Positions 1 to 9,916 of a stretch of 50,427 nt of DNA are shown here, piece after piece (position 1 is the first letter of the stretch; each line of letters starts with the position of its first letter). The position numbers and the translations under genes were made by a program. The notes below the pieces were generated by a model. The model made no database searches. It saw only the letters and a program-made list of their open reading frames with translations, and was not told the DNA's origin. Source of the stretch: an uncultured Slackia sp. GTDB lineage: Bacteria > Actinomycetota > Coriobacteriia > Coriobacteriales > Eggerthellaceae. Location of the stretch: the NCBI GenBank assembly GCA_963559755.1, contig CAUWMI010000019.1, forward strand, positions 1 to 50,427, written 5' to 3'.

Positions 1-1351
1 AATGAATCGGCGCAGGAATGCGACCGCCGCGGGTGACGAACGCCTCGCAGCTGGCCTGGTTTACCGGCATGATGGGCGCGTAGCCCATAAGCCCGCCAAA
101 GTGCGCCATCTCGCCCACGCCCTTGCCTGCCACGGGAATGATGCGCACGGCGGTGGTCTTCTGGTTCACCATGCCGATGGCCGCCTCATCAGCGATGATG
201 CCGCTGATGGTGGCAGCGCTCGTGTCGCCCGGCACCGCGATCATGTCCAAGCCCACGCTGCACACGCAGGTCATGGCCTCAAGCTTCTCGATGGTCAGGC
301 ATCCGTTGGCCGCCGCCTCGATCATGTTCTTGTCCTCGGACACGGGAATGAACGCGCCGGAAAGACCACCCACGTAGGACGATGCCATGATGCCGCCCTT
401 CTTCACCTGGTCGTTCAGCATGGCGAGAGCCGCCGTGGTGCCGGGTGCGCCTACCTGCGCAAGGCCGATCTTCTCCAGCACCTCGCCCACGGAATCGCCC
501 TCGGCCGGCGTGGGCGCCAGCGACAGGTCGATGATGCCGAACGGAATGCCCAACCTGCGACTTGCCTCCTGCGCCACCAGCTGTCCCACACGCGTAATCT
601 TGAACGCGGTACGCTTGATGGTCTCGCACAGGAATTCGAAATCCTTACCCTGGGCCTCATCCAGCGCACGGCTCACCACGCCGGGGCCGGAAACGCCCAC
701 GTTAATCACGGCATCGCCCTCGGTCACGCCGTGGAAGCCGCCCGCCATGAACGGGTTGTCATCAGGCACGTTGCAGAAGGCCACGAACTTCACGCAGCCG
801 TAAGAATCATTCTCGGCCGTAGCGGCGGCAATATCCTTAACCACATGGCCCAGGAGTTCGACGGCGTTCATATCGATGCCCGTCTTGGTGGATCCCACAT
901 TCACGCTGGAGCACACGATATCGGTCTCGGAAAGCGCCTGCGGCAGCGAGCGAATGAGCAGCTCCTCGGCAGGCGTCATGGCCTTGTTCACCAGGGCGGA
1001 ATAGCCACCCAGCAGGTCAACGCCAACCTCTTTGCCCGCACGGTCGAGCGCATGAGCGATTTTGACGAAATCCTCGCTGGTCTTACACGCCGAGGCACCC
1101 ACCAGCGAAATGGGCGTCACGGTGATGCGCTTGTTCACGATGGGAATACCGTAATCGCGCTCGATGGCGCTGCCGGTTGCCACCAGGTCTTTCGCATAGG
1201 TGGTGATCTTGCGATAGATGTTGTCGCACAGCTTATCCACATCGTTGCTCACGCAATCAAGCAAACTGATGCCCATGGTGATGGTGCGCACGTCGAGCTT
1301 TTCCTGCTCGATCATCTTATTGGTCTCATGGACCTCCATAATATTGATCAT
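1..1351 (-). CDS. UPF0210 / DUF711 PFL-like family protein, 3' end cut by the window edge
   Basis: Not in the ORF track as a complete ORF. The minus strand from ATG at 1351 reads [33 protein letters not shown] and ends ...PAPIH at base 1. Both ends are typical of this family, which usually follows an ACT-domain gene. Confidence 0.88.
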   Translation of the reverse strand, partial: MINIMEVHETNKMIEQEKLDVRTITMGISLLDCVSNDVDKLCDNIYRKITTYAKDLVATGSAIERDYGIPIVNKRITVTPISLVGASACKTSEDFVKIAHALDRAGKEVGVDLLGGYSALVNKAMTPAEELLIRSLPQALSETDIVCSSVNVGSTKTGIDMNAVELLGHVVKDIAAATAENDSYGCVKFVAFCNVPDDNPFMAGGFHGVTEGDAVINVGVSGPGVVSRALDEAQGKDFEFLCETIKRTAFKITRVGQLVAQEASRRLGIPFGIIDLSLAPTPAEGDSVGEVLEKIGLAQVGAPGTTAALAMLNDQVKKGGIMASSYVGGLSGAFIPVSEDKNMIEAAANGCLTIEKLEAMTCVCSVGLDMIAVPGDTSAATISGIIADEAAIGMVNQKTTAVRIIPVAGKGVGEMAHFGGLMGYAPIMPVNQASCEAFVTRGGRIPAPIH

Positions 1352-1359
1352 GACGGCCC

Positions 1360-1632
1360 CTAAATCCTGTGCATCTTGGTAAAAATCTCTTCCTTCTGGC
1401 AGCGGATGCGCACGCCAATCTGGTCGCCGAGCTGCTCGAGATCCTCCACTACGCCTCCGAAATCCTTGTCGGCGGCGGCAACGTCCACAATCATCATCAT
1501 GTTGAAGAATCCGTCGATGATGGTCTGCGAAATGTCGAGCACGTTGACCTTGTGGTCGGCAAGGTACGTGCACACGCGTGCGATGATGCCCACAGTGTCC
1601 TGGCCGACTACGGTGATGATCGCTTTATCCAT
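1360..1632 (-). CDS. ACT domain protein (UPF0237)
   Basis: 90 aa, [20 protein letters not shown]...IFTKMHRI; AAGGAG RBS; conserved pairing with UPF0210. Confidence 0.9.
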   Translation of the reverse strand: MDKAIITVVGQDTVGIIARVCTYLADHKVNVLDISQTIIDGFFNMMMIVDVAAADKDFGGVVEDLEQLGDQIGVRIRCQKEEIFTKMHRI

Positions 1633-1848
1633 GCGATGCTCCTTGATAACGGGAATCGAAACCGCTTTAGTCTAGCATAGCGCGGCCAGTCGGCATCCCC
1701 GTGCTTCGACTTAGCTCGAACAAGATATAGAATTGCCAGGCAAATCGCCTATAATGGGGCGCTTGTATCGTCTTTTTCGGAGATTGCGTGCACTGCAGCC
1801 CCAAGGCGATCGCACGCATCATTCATCACCAACGGTTGGAGCATATAT

Positions 1849-3297
1849 ATGAGTAACGATTCCACCCCCGCGACGCAATCGGGTGCCGCAACCCCCACAA
1901 GCGGCGGCGCCGGTCAGCCGCGTGAGAAGTTTGCCTCGCGCATCGGTTTCATCTTGATTTCGGCGGGCTGCGCCATCGGCCTGGGCAACGTATGGCGATT
2001 CCCCTACGTGACCGGCGAGTACGGCGGGGCGGCGTTCGTGCTGCTGTACCTGGTGTTTCTCGCCATTCTGGGCCTGCCCATCCTGGTCATGGAGTTCGCC
2101 GTGGGCCGCGCCAGCCAGAAAAGTTGCGCGCGTAGCTTCAACATCCTTGAGCCCAAGGGCAGCAAATGGCACCTGTATAAATGGTTCGCCTTCGCGGGCA
2201 ATTACATCCTCATGATGTTCTACACCACCGTCGCCGGTTGGATGGTGGCTTACGCGTTCAAAACCGCCGCGGGCGAGCTCAACGGCGTGGCGCCTGATTC
2301 CACCGGCGAGGTGTTCGCCGCCATGCAGGCCGATCCGCTGCAGATGTTCCTCTGGATGCTGCTCATCTGCGCGATCGGCTTCGGCATCTGCGGCATGGGC
2401 CTGCAGAAAGGTGTCGAGCGCATCACCAGCGTAATGATGGCGTGCCTGTTCGTGGCCATCGTCATCCTGGCCGTCAACTCAGTGCTGCTGCCGGGCGCCG
2501 GCGAGGGCTTGAAGTTCTACCTGATGCCCGACTTCGGCAAAATGATCGAGAACGGCTTCGGCGACGCGGTGTACGCCGCCATGGGCCAAGCGTTCTTCAC
2601 GTTGTCCATCGGCGCGTCCGGCATGGCCATCTTCGGTAGCTACATCGACCGCGACCGCCGCCTGACCGGCGAGGCCGTGAGCGTGGCGAGCCTCTCCACC
2701 ATGATCTCGCTGCTCGCGGGCCTCATCATCTTCCCCGCGTGCTTCGCCTTTGGCGTGAGCCCCGATTCGGGGCCCAACCTGGTGTTTGTCACGTTGCCCA
2801 GCGTGTTCAACCAGATGTGGATGGGGCAGCTCTGGGGTGCCCTCTTCTTCGTGTTCATGAGCTTTGCGGCGCTCTCCACCGTCATCGGCGTGTTTGAGAA
2901 CATCATCGCGTTCACCATGGACCAGTGGAACGTGTCGCGCCGCCGCGCCGTGGCCATCAACGCGGTGGGCATCATCGTGCTGTCCATCCCCTGCATTCTG
3001 GGCTTCAACCTGTGGTCGGGCTTCCAGGTGCCGGGCATCGGCGACATTCAGAGCCTCGAGGACTTTATCGTGTCCAACAACATCCTGCCGCTGGGCGGCC
3101 TGTTCTACGTGATTTTCTGCACGAGCCGCTACGGCTGGGGCTGGAAGAACTTCATCAACGAGGCCGACGCGGGCAAGGGCATGAAATTCGCGTCGTGGAG
3201 CTACGTGTGGATCAAGTACTGCATCCCCGTGTTGATGGTAATCATCTTCGTGATGGGATACCTGCCCAAGTTCCAAATCTGGTTAGGGCTGGCATAG
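1849..3297 (+). CDS. Sodium-dependent transporter, neurotransmitter:sodium symporter (NSS/SNF) family
   Basis: GCAIGLGNVWRFPY and GQAFFTLSIG motifs; about 11-12 TM helices. Confidence 0.93.
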   Translation: MSNDSTPATQSGAATPTSGGAGQPREKFASRIGFILISAGCAIGLGNVWRFPYVTGEYGGAAFVLLYLVFLAILGLPILVMEFAVGRASQKSCARSFNILEPKGSKWHLYKWFAFAGNYILMMFYTTVAGWMVAYAFKTAAGELNGVAPDSTGEVFAAMQADPLQMFLWMLLICAIGFGICGMGLQKGVERITSVMMACLFVAIVILAVNSVLLPGAGEGLKFYLMPDFGKMIENGFGDAVYAAMGQAFFTLSIGASGMAIFGSYIDRDRRLTGEAVSVASLSTMISLLAGLIIFPACFAFGVSPDSGPNLVFVTLPSVFNQMWMGQLWGALFFVFMSFAALSTVIGVFENIIAFTMDQWNVSRRRAVAINAVGIIVLSIPCILGFNLWSGFQVPGIGDIQSLEDFIVSNNILPLGGLFYVIFCTSRYGWGWKNFINEADAGKGMKFASWSYVWIKYCIPVLMVIIFVMGYLPKFQIWLGLA

Positions 3298-3321
3298 CGC
3301 CACAAGCAAGCTGATTGTATG

Positions 3322-3344
3322 AGGGGGCTTCGGCCCCCTTTTTT
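3322..3344 (+). terminator. Intrinsic terminator after the NSS transporter
   Basis: AGGGGGC-TTCG-GCCCCCT hairpin followed by a T run. Confidence 0.85.
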
Positions 3345-3345
3345 C

Positions 3346-3792
3346 TTACGCTAGCGCTTCCTTTCTCGGGCGCCCTGGAGCCGGGGCATCCGCCAGACGC
3401 GCCTCGACACTCGCCCGCGTCACCCACGTATTGCGTCCTTCGCGCCATCCGTCCAGATGGCGGCTTGCGATCATCGCAGTCACCCGGCTTCGCGACACTC
3501 CGAGCAATCGAGCCGCCTCGGTGGCGGAAACCTTCTCCATCTCGCTTAGATTCACCTCAACCGACACGATGACGCAAATCCCACCGTTGCGAGGCTCGTT
3601 TCCAAATGATGGGGAGGGCAGCGTCGCCCCGCGCATCATCGCGTCGCGAGACACCTCTCGCAATACGTCTGCCGCAGATTCGCATGCATCCTGGACATCT
3701 TCGCCCTGCGTTATGGCCTCCGGCAAATCAAATGCGGCGATGATCCATTGCCTCTCTCCGCGCCACAACTCAAATTCATACGTGCGCTGCAT
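3346..3792 (-). CDS. hicB: HicB-family antitoxin with C-terminal excisionase-like HTH
   Basis: Start at ATG 3792 with GGAGG RBS. FDLPEAITQGEDVQDACESAADVL is the HicB core; SATEAARLLGVSRSRV is an HTH. Confidence 0.82.
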   Translation of the reverse strand: MQRTYEFELWRGERQWIIAAFDLPEAITQGEDVQDACESAADVLREVSRDAMMRGATLPSPSFGNEPRNGGICVIVSVEVNLSEMEKVSATEAARLLGVSRSRVTAMIASRHLDGWREGRNTWVTRASVEARLADAPAPGRPRKEALA

Positions 3793-3821
3793 AGTAGCCT
3801 CCGCTCTTTTGCCGCCGACGC

Positions 3822-3995
3822 TCATTTAAGACCTGCTTGCCTTTTCAGGCGATAAAACACTTCATCTTCGATTTCCCTATGGCGTTTGATGAGGATGGTG
3901 ATGCTTCCGTTGGTGAACTTTTCGTGCTTCGTTCCTCCCACCGACCAGAACCCTCTGTCTTTGAAGTACTTCACCACGTCGCGCCGTGAGGTCAT
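3822..3995 (-). CDS. hicA: HicA-family mRNA interferase toxin (57 aa)
   Basis: Hand translation: MTSRRDVVKYFKDRGFWSVGGTKHEKFTNGSITILIKRHREIEDEVFYRLKRQAGLK*. Basic, with a G-x-x-H motif, RH-x-EI and QAGL end; directly upstream of hicB. Confidence 0.85.
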   Translation of the reverse strand: MTSRRDVVKYFKDRGFWSVGGTKHEKFTNGSITILIKRHREIEDEVFYRLKRQAGLK

Positions 3996-4011
3996 CGTTG
4001 CTCACTCCCTC

Positions 4012-4041
4012 ATTATAAAGTGACTTCACAATAAAGTCACT
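4012..4041 (-). promoter_or_regulatory. hicAB promoter (-10 TATAAT) with adjacent palindromic operator
   Basis: TATAAT on the minus strand at 4012-4017; inverted repeat AGTGACTT (4019-4026) / AAGTCACT (4034-4041). Confidence 0.65.
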
Positions 4042-4349
4042 AGAGAAGCCAGTCCGCATGAAGCATCCTGCGCCCCTCGCATGGTTGCAAGATGATTTGC
4101 CAGTTCCCAATCATAGAAAGAGGCGACGAGCGCCTGTTGGCCCTCAACGACCGCAAAGCATTTTTATGCGATTGAATGACCGCTTCCTCAGACTCTCATT
4201 GCTCAAGCTCGGCAACACAGGGAGCGGCACGGGCAAATCGAATGCGTAAATCGAACGATGGCGAAACCCGACCTTCTCGGCGCGGACGCATGCGCATACA
4301 ATGTCTTGCGCACAATTACGCAGCAAGACGAGCGAGAAACGGAGCAGGC

Positions 4350-5069
4350 ATGTACGTTTCCATTATGGGCGATTCCATTTCCACCTACGAAGGCTATATT
4401 CCCGAAGGGTACGAGTTGTACTACACCGCCGAGAAGCGCGAGGCCAACAGCATGGATTCAGTGCGCGACACCTGGTGGATGCAGGTGCTTGACGCACTGG
4501 ATGCCGAGCTCTTGGTGGACAACGCGTACTCGGGCAGCCAGGTGACGGGAGAGGAGTTCCCGTGTGCGAGTGGGCTCGATCGCACGGGTGCTTTGGGGCG
4601 CGACCTCTCCGGCGCGCCCGGGCATGGCGGCGTGGACCCCGATCTGATTCTGGTGTATATCGGCGTGAACGATTTCGGATTCGCTGTGCCGTGCGACCGC
4701 GAGTTTGCCGAATCGCCCGACGAACCCACGTTTCGCGAGGCGTACTCCACCATGCTGCGCCGTATGCAGGCAAACTATCCCGGCGCTCGCATCGTGTGCG
4801 GCACCGTTTTGAAGCCCCGAAAAACATTCGACTCCGCTTGGTCGTTCGACGAGAAGTGGGCGCATCTCACCCCGCTGGACGAATTCAACGAGCGCATTCG
4901 CCTCGTAGCGAACGAATGCGGCGTGATGCTCGCCGACCTCGCGGCCGCGGCAGGCGGCCCGGCCTACGACGTCGAGGACGACCTGCACCCCAACAAACAA
5001 GGCCACGCTCAAATCGCCGCACTTTGGATATCTGAGCTGGAAAAGCTGGGGCTTATAAGCACACGCTGA
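4350..5069 (+). CDS. SGNH/GDSL hydrolase family protein
   Basis: GDSIS block I, GVND block III, DDLHPN block V; ATG 4350 preceded by GGAG. Confidence 0.88.
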   Translation: MYVSIMGDSISTYEGYIPEGYELYYTAEKREANSMDSVRDTWWMQVLDALDAELLVDNAYSGSQVTGEEFPCASGLDRTGALGRDLSGAPGHGGVDPDLILVYIGVNDFGFAVPCDREFAESPDEPTFREAYSTMLRRMQANYPGARIVCGTVLKPRKTFDSAWSFDEKWAHLTPLDEFNERIRLVANECGVMLADLAAAAGGPAYDVEDDLHPNKQGHAQIAALWISELEKLGLISTR

Positions 5070-5222
5070 ACGCACTCGGTCGGCGCAGCGTGCGATGGCC
5101 GAATGCGGAGCGACGCATGCGTACTGCTCCCCCTATCACCCCCCGGCACGCCACACGTCAACGACGCTCCATCATCCGCCAGCTTGTAGATGCGTGCCAA
5201 AACAAGCATGCGGCCTTTCGAT

Positions 5223-5316
5223 TTTCGCGTACGCATAAATATCTTGCTCAATTCCCTTATTTCATGCGTACGCATAAATTAGTATGGTTGATGTCTTAAT
5301 TTATGCGTACGCGAAA
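5223..5316. promoter_or_regulatory. Three palindromic operators upstream of hipBA
   Basis: Core GCGTACGC at 5227, 5266 and 5305 (39-bp period) within near-palindromes of TTTATGCGTACGCATAAA. Confidence 0.72.
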
Positions 5317-5324
5317 GAAGGACC

Positions 5325-5549
5325 ATGATTCGTTTTTCTACCGCAAAAGAACTCGGAGCAGTCATTCGCGCCGAACGAAAGAGGATCGGCTACACGCAAG
5401 AACTGCTCGCCGAATTCAGCGACGTTGGTATCACGTTCCTTTCCCAACTCGAAAACGGCAAACCCACCGCTGAGCTGGAAAAAACGCTTCGCGTGGCTCA
5501 AACCCTCGGAATCAATCTTTATGCCGAAAGCAGGCTGAGCCATGATTAA
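5325..5549 (+). CDS. hipB: HipB-like XRE helix-turn-helix antitoxin
   Basis: 74 aa, RKRIGYTQELLAEFSDVGITFLSQLENGK; overlaps the hipA start. Confidence 0.85.
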   Translation: MIRFSTAKELGAVIRAERKRIGYTQELLAEFSDVGITFLSQLENGKPTAELEKTLRVAQTLGINLYAESRLSHD

Positions 5550-6855
5550 GCCCACGCCCTTCCTTCTTGTCTTCCGTCTCGAAGATGCCAATCCTTCATT
5601 CGTTGGCACGATTGACTGCTTCGTTCTTTCGTTTTCCTACGACGAGGGCTATCGATCCCGCGAAAAATCATACGGACTTTCATTTTCTCTACCTCTCTCC
5701 TCTCGTCCCTATGCCGAAGAGCAATTCAAGCCTTATTTTGAGGGGCTTCTCCCTGAAGCGGGGGCACGTAAGGCACTTGCTGCAAATGCGGGACTGCGCG
5801 AGGACGATTATCTTGGGCTTCTTCGTCTTTGCGGGAAAGACTGCATAGGCGACGTAATTGTTCTGGGGGCAGACTCGTCCGACGAACGCGCGGTCGCAGA
5901 AGCGCTGTCTACGCTCGACCCCGACCGTGGCTATGGCTCCATCACCGCCACGGAAATGGAGGAGATATTCTCCAGCGCTCCTTCAATAGCCAATGAAAAT
6001 GTCGAGTCGAGCCTTTCGCTGGCCGGGACTCAGAACAAAACCGGACTCGCGCACATGCCCGAAGCTCCTCTGGACGAAGGATGGATGCGACCACGAGGAT
6101 TGTCAGCATCGACCCACATTCTTAAGTACGGTAGCCTCGAAGGACTGCTGGAACTCGAATATCTTTGCATGGCTGCGGCGCACGAATGCGGCATTCGTTC
6201 GGCGCAAACAGACATCATTGACTTACCTCACCCCGTCATATGCAGCGAGCGGTTCGACCGGATCGCGGAGATACGCAATCAGCAGCTACGCGTTCGACGC
6301 CTGCATCAAGAGGACTTTTCTCAGACATTCGGACTCACTTCGAGCACTAAATATACCGAATTGCCCGGCGGAACCGTTAAGCGCATTGCCGCGCATCTGC
6401 GCGATTATTCCGCCCAGCCCCTAAAGGACATCCGGCAATTAGCCATGGTGCTCTGCTATTGCTACCTTATAGGCAACTGCGACAACCACCTCAAAAACCT
6501 CTCCGTTCTTTATGCTGAAAACGGCAGAACGCTTCGACTTGCTCCGGCGTACGACCTTGTGAGCACCACCTATTACGCGCGTTTCTCCAGAAACATGGGG
6601 ATGGATCTCGGCGGAACGAGAGCGATTGACGATATAACACCAAACCACCTGACGGCCCTTGCGTCCGACCTGGGAATACGACCAGCAGCTCTACGAAATA
6701 TTTGCGATGACATCGCCGGCAAAGTCGTCCCCGCCTTACGAAACGAGGCGGCAAAAATCAAAAAGCGTTTCCCGCTCGCGCCGTACGTGGTTGATGACTT
6801 GGAGGAAGATATGGCACCGCGACTTGAGGTCGTGAACGCTTTCGTTCAAGGCTGA
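5542..6855 (+). CDS. hipA: HipA-family Ser/Thr kinase toxin
   Basis: FEGLLPE, SLAGTQNK, HILK, LHQEDFSQ, IGNCDNHLKNLS and LAPAYDLVS motifs. Confidence 0.92.
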   Translation: MIKPTPFLLVFRLEDANPSFVGTIDCFVLSFSYDEGYRSREKSYGLSFSLPLSSRPYAEEQFKPYFEGLLPEAGARKALAANAGLREDDYLGLLRLCGKDCIGDVIVLGADSSDERAVAEALSTLDPDRGYGSITATEMEEIFSSAPSIANENVESSLSLAGTQNKTGLAHMPEAPLDEGWMRPRGLSASTHILKYGSLEGLLELEYLCMAAAHECGIRSAQTDIIDLPHPVICSERFDRIAEIRNQQLRVRRLHQEDFSQTFGLTSSTKYTELPGGTVKRIAAHLRDYSAQPLKDIRQLAMVLCYCYLIGNCDNHLKNLSVLYAENGRTLRLAPAYDLVSTTYYARFSRNMGMDLGGTRAIDDITPNHLTALASDLGIRPAALRNICDDIAGKVVPALRNEAAKIKKRFPLAPYVVDDLEEDMAPRLEVVNAFVQG

Positions 6856-7021
6856 AAACGTTAGCCATCCCCTGGGTATCCGAGTTGAACAGGCCGGGGC
6901 TTGCGCCTGGGGAGCGCAACAGGGTGGATAAACACGCTCTGAAAGGTTGCCTGCGTTCCAGCAAGGAGAAGGCGGGCAGCTGCGGCCCTATGCCGTAGCG
7001 GGGCAAAAGACAGCTGCGACC

Positions 7022-8923
7022 CTATGCATCTCCGTATTGCTTGAAGTAGTCCAGAATCTCCTGGCGGGAGTGCAGGCCCGTCTTGGTGTAGATGCGTCCG
7101 ATATGGGTATGCGCGGTGGTCTGCGAAATATGCAGCTCTTCCGCCACGCGCTTCTGCGTCATTCCGGACGCATACAGCGCCAGTACTTCCACTTCGCGCT
7201 CGGAAAGCAGGAACTGATCGCCCATCTGACGTGCATGATGGCGCATGACGGCATTCTGCACGTCGGCCATGGCGGAATCATTGTCCAAGCCGAGCAAACG
7301 TTCGAGCGCGCTGGGCTTGGGCGCCTCCATATCGCCCGCCCAACGCGCAGGCTCGGCGTGAGCATATGCATCCCGCGCCAATCCTCCGTGCGCCCCATCG
7401 GTCCCGCGCGCCGCTTCGCGCACATCGTCCGCGCAGCCATCGAAGCCGAATGCACGCCCATCCTCGTCGATGCGCGCCGCACGCCCGGCAAGCGTACCCT
7501 GCTCTACCTCGTCACCAAAAGAGCTGCTCGCTCCGGCAAACGGCGCACGCTCCTGGCCAGCTCCCAAACGCGCCGAAGCATCGCCGTGGCGCACCGCAAA
7601 CTCCGCCACCCCGATAAGCTTGATGAACACGACTTGCGTAGCCACCAGCAGCATGAGGCTGATGACCGTGCCCGTGAAGTGGCTGTGTCCCATGGGCATC
7701 ACGTTGAGCAGCACGAAACGCCCAATAGCGCGCGAGAAAATCCACGTTCCCCAAATGGCGATGGCGTAGTAGAACGGATCGCGCCACCCCGATGACATGA
7801 ACGCGAGCACGATGTAATACGCGAACGCGCCCATAAGCGTGTTGAGCAGCGTCGCAGTGACGGCACCCACATCCAAATGTCCCGGAAACGCCGTGTACAG
7901 CACCAACGTGAACGCCGCGAGAAACTGCATGACCACCCAAATGCCCACCGTCATGACGCGGGTGCGCTGGTGCAGCGTGGCCACGATGAACGCCACGCAC
8001 GACACCTCGGTCAGCACGAAGCACGCGACGCGCGTAGGCATGCAGAACGGCACCGAATTCCCGTCGGGGAACCCACGCAAGAAGCCAATGACCAGCGATA
8101 TCGCCACGATGCCCACAACGCTTGCGGCAAGGAACCTGCGGTTGGTGGCACCGCGCGTCATGAAGGCGAAATAGTCGTCGGCGCGTGTGGGCGTGAGGAG
8201 GTCGGACGCGTTGCCGCGGCGGCGCGCCCAGTAGATGCAGGCGATTTGCGCGGCCACGAGCGGGGCCACCGTAAGGCAGCGCACTCCATCGGGGAGAAAC
8301 ACCGTGGCAAACACGATGATTTCGCTCAAAAATGTCGCCGAGAACACGAGCACTGCCGCCGTGGACATGCTCGCCCCGCGCGCCCTGCGCAGCCAGTACG
8401 CGATGGCCACCATACCGGCAGCGCTCACGAGCGCCGAAAGAGCGAAGCGCGAAGGAAACGTGCAATTGCCGCTCGCCCGCAGCACGCCCATAATCAGCAC
8501 GCCCGCAAACTCGAGCGCCACCGCCACGTGGGCAATTACATTAATCAGATGCTTATGAAACACGAACCGCGTCTTGAACAGAACCGCGGCAATCACGAAA
8601 AAGACCAGGAACACGAGCGCCATGGCACCATCAGTGAAAACACCCTCATCGGTATACAGATAGCTGCCTGCCGCCGAAACCACGATGCCGCTGCGCGCAC
8701 ACGCAAGCCCCACGACAAGCGGGGCGAGCGACGCATACTGGCGGAAAAATCTTGCGATGCCCGCAGGTTGGGCCCCGCCGTGCTCCTCGTTAAGGCAGCC
8801 GGCATTATCACGTTTCGTCTTCTTCGCGTCGGCCGGCGCCTCCCCGCGCATAACCGCTTCGCCCACCAGGTACGCCCCCTCCAAAAACGTCGCGCACGTC
8901 TCGCGCTGGCCCTCGCCCGGCAT
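7022..8923 (-). CDS. Multi-transmembrane LuxR-family transcriptional regulator (start uncertain)
   Basis: About 12 hydrophobic segments, then LSEREVEVLALYASGMTQKRVAEELHISQTTAHTHIGRIYTK LuxR HTH. Confidence 0.88.
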   Translation of the reverse strand: MPGEGQRETCATFLEGAYLVGEAVMRGEAPADAKKTKRDNAGCLNEEHGGAQPAGIARFFRQYASLAPLVVGLACARSGIVVSAAGSYLYTDEGVFTDGAMALVFLVFFVIAAVLFKTRFVFHKHLINVIAHVAVALEFAGVLIMGVLRASGNCTFPSRFALSALVSAAGMVAIAYWLRRARGASMSTAAVLVFSATFLSEIIVFATVFLPDGVRCLTVAPLVAAQIACIYWARRRGNASDLLTPTRADDYFAFMTRGATNRRFLAASVVGIVAISLVIGFLRGFPDGNSVPFCMPTRVACFVLTEVSCVAFIVATLHQRTRVMTVGIWVVMQFLAAFTLVLYTAFPGHLDVGAVTATLLNTLMGAFAYYIVLAFMSSGWRDPFYYAIAIWGTWIFSRAIGRFVLLNVMPMGHSHFTGTVISLMLLVATQVVFIKLIGVAEFAVRHGDASARLGAGQERAPFAGASSSFGDEVEQGTLAGRAARIDEDGRAFGFDGCADDVREAARGTDGAHGGLARDAYAHAEPARWAGDMEAPKPSALERLLGLDNDSAMADVQNAVMRHHARQMGDQFLLSEREVEVLALYASGMTQKRVAEELHISQTTAHTHIGRIYTKTGLHSRQEILDYFKQYGDA

Positions 8924-9226
8924 GCCATACGCGCCAAGCCCGCTCCAGCGCTACCGTGCGCAAAATAAAGCTTACTAATGATAGCGCATACCCCGCAATT
9001 CGTGTCATCTGTTTGAGAGGACAAAGGAGATGACATTTCCCACCTGGGATTTCTTTATGCAAATTCATCTTAAGGAGAGGACAGATGACCTCGCGTCATC
9101 CGGCATACTCCCAAGCATCGAAGGCGCAACACCGTCGGCAAGGGGGCCGATGGAGGCAGCAAAACGCTGCCGCCCGTGGTAAACGCCACCGCCGCGCCTC
9201 GCCTATTCGATACAAGGGGGACCACG

Positions 9227-9916
9227 ATGATGAACGACGCCATGACCTTTGCAACGTTCGCATGCTGCTTTGCCCCGGTCGACCGCGAAGAGTGGGACGC
9301 CGTGCGCGCAGATGTCTCGTGGTCCGATTTTCTCTCCGGCGCCCGCAGCCTGCTCCAGGACGAACGGCCTCTGGGTGCAACGTTTCCCCCTATAGGGCGC
9401 GCACGCCGCAGCGAGCCCCTCTCCGACTTTCTCGCCGAAACGGAAGTGCGCGCCCTGTTTGCCCCACCTACCCACGATGAGAAAACGTCGTTTTCTGCCC
9501 GGCATTTCACGGGCGGCTTGCCCCAATCGACGGTGCCCGTGGAGTCGCTCTACACCGCGTGGAGCAAGCCGGGCGACGGGCCGTTCGCGGGCCGCACGGG
9601 GCTCTACCTGGGAGATTCCGCCCTCTACATGCGCGACCTCATGCGCTCCATGGGCATCGCGATTCCCAATGAGTTCGCCTCCACGCCCGACCACCTGGCC
9701 ATCGAGCTCGACCTCATCGCCACGATGCTGGAGGCGGGGATGGCCGCCGAAGCGCAGACCTTCTGCATCGAGCGCCTCGCCTGGCTCGGATCGTATCGCA
9801 CGAAACTGATGGCGCTAGGCGACGAGGGGCTGTTCTATCTGGCGCTCGTCGATGCGCTTATCGGCATCCGCGCCCGCCAGGAGGCTCTGGCCAGCGCCTC
9901 AGCCGCATCGGCGTAA
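9227..9916 (+). CDS. TorD/DmsD-family molybdoenzyme maturation chaperone
   Basis: PVESLY and PDHLAIEL motifs; AAGGGGG RBS before ATG 9227; first gene before a Tat molybdoenzyme. Confidence 0.85.
   Translation: MMNDAMTFATFACCFAPVDREEWDAVRADVSWSDFLSGARSLLQDERPLGATFPPIGRARRSEPLSDFLAETEVRALFAPPTHDEKTSFSARHFTGGLPQSTVPVESLYTAWSKPGDGPFAGRTGLYLGDSALYMRDLMRSMGIAIPNEFASTPDHLAIELDLIATMLEAGMAAEAQTFCIERLAWLGSYRTKLMALGDEGLFYLALVDALIGIRARQEALASASAASA

Noticed and set aside
2-1363. 453-aa plus-strand ORF and other long antisense ORFs (10042-12138, 17362-19344, 37126-38829, 44260-46698)
   Set aside because: They are shadows of real genes on the opposite strand, expected in high-GC DNA, and show no recognisable motifs.
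6977-7027. 17-bp direct repeat CAGCTGCG(G/A)CCCTATGC overlapping the LuxR stop, a possible att scar for hipBA
   Set aside because: The copies are only 34 bp apart and do not flank the hipBA module.
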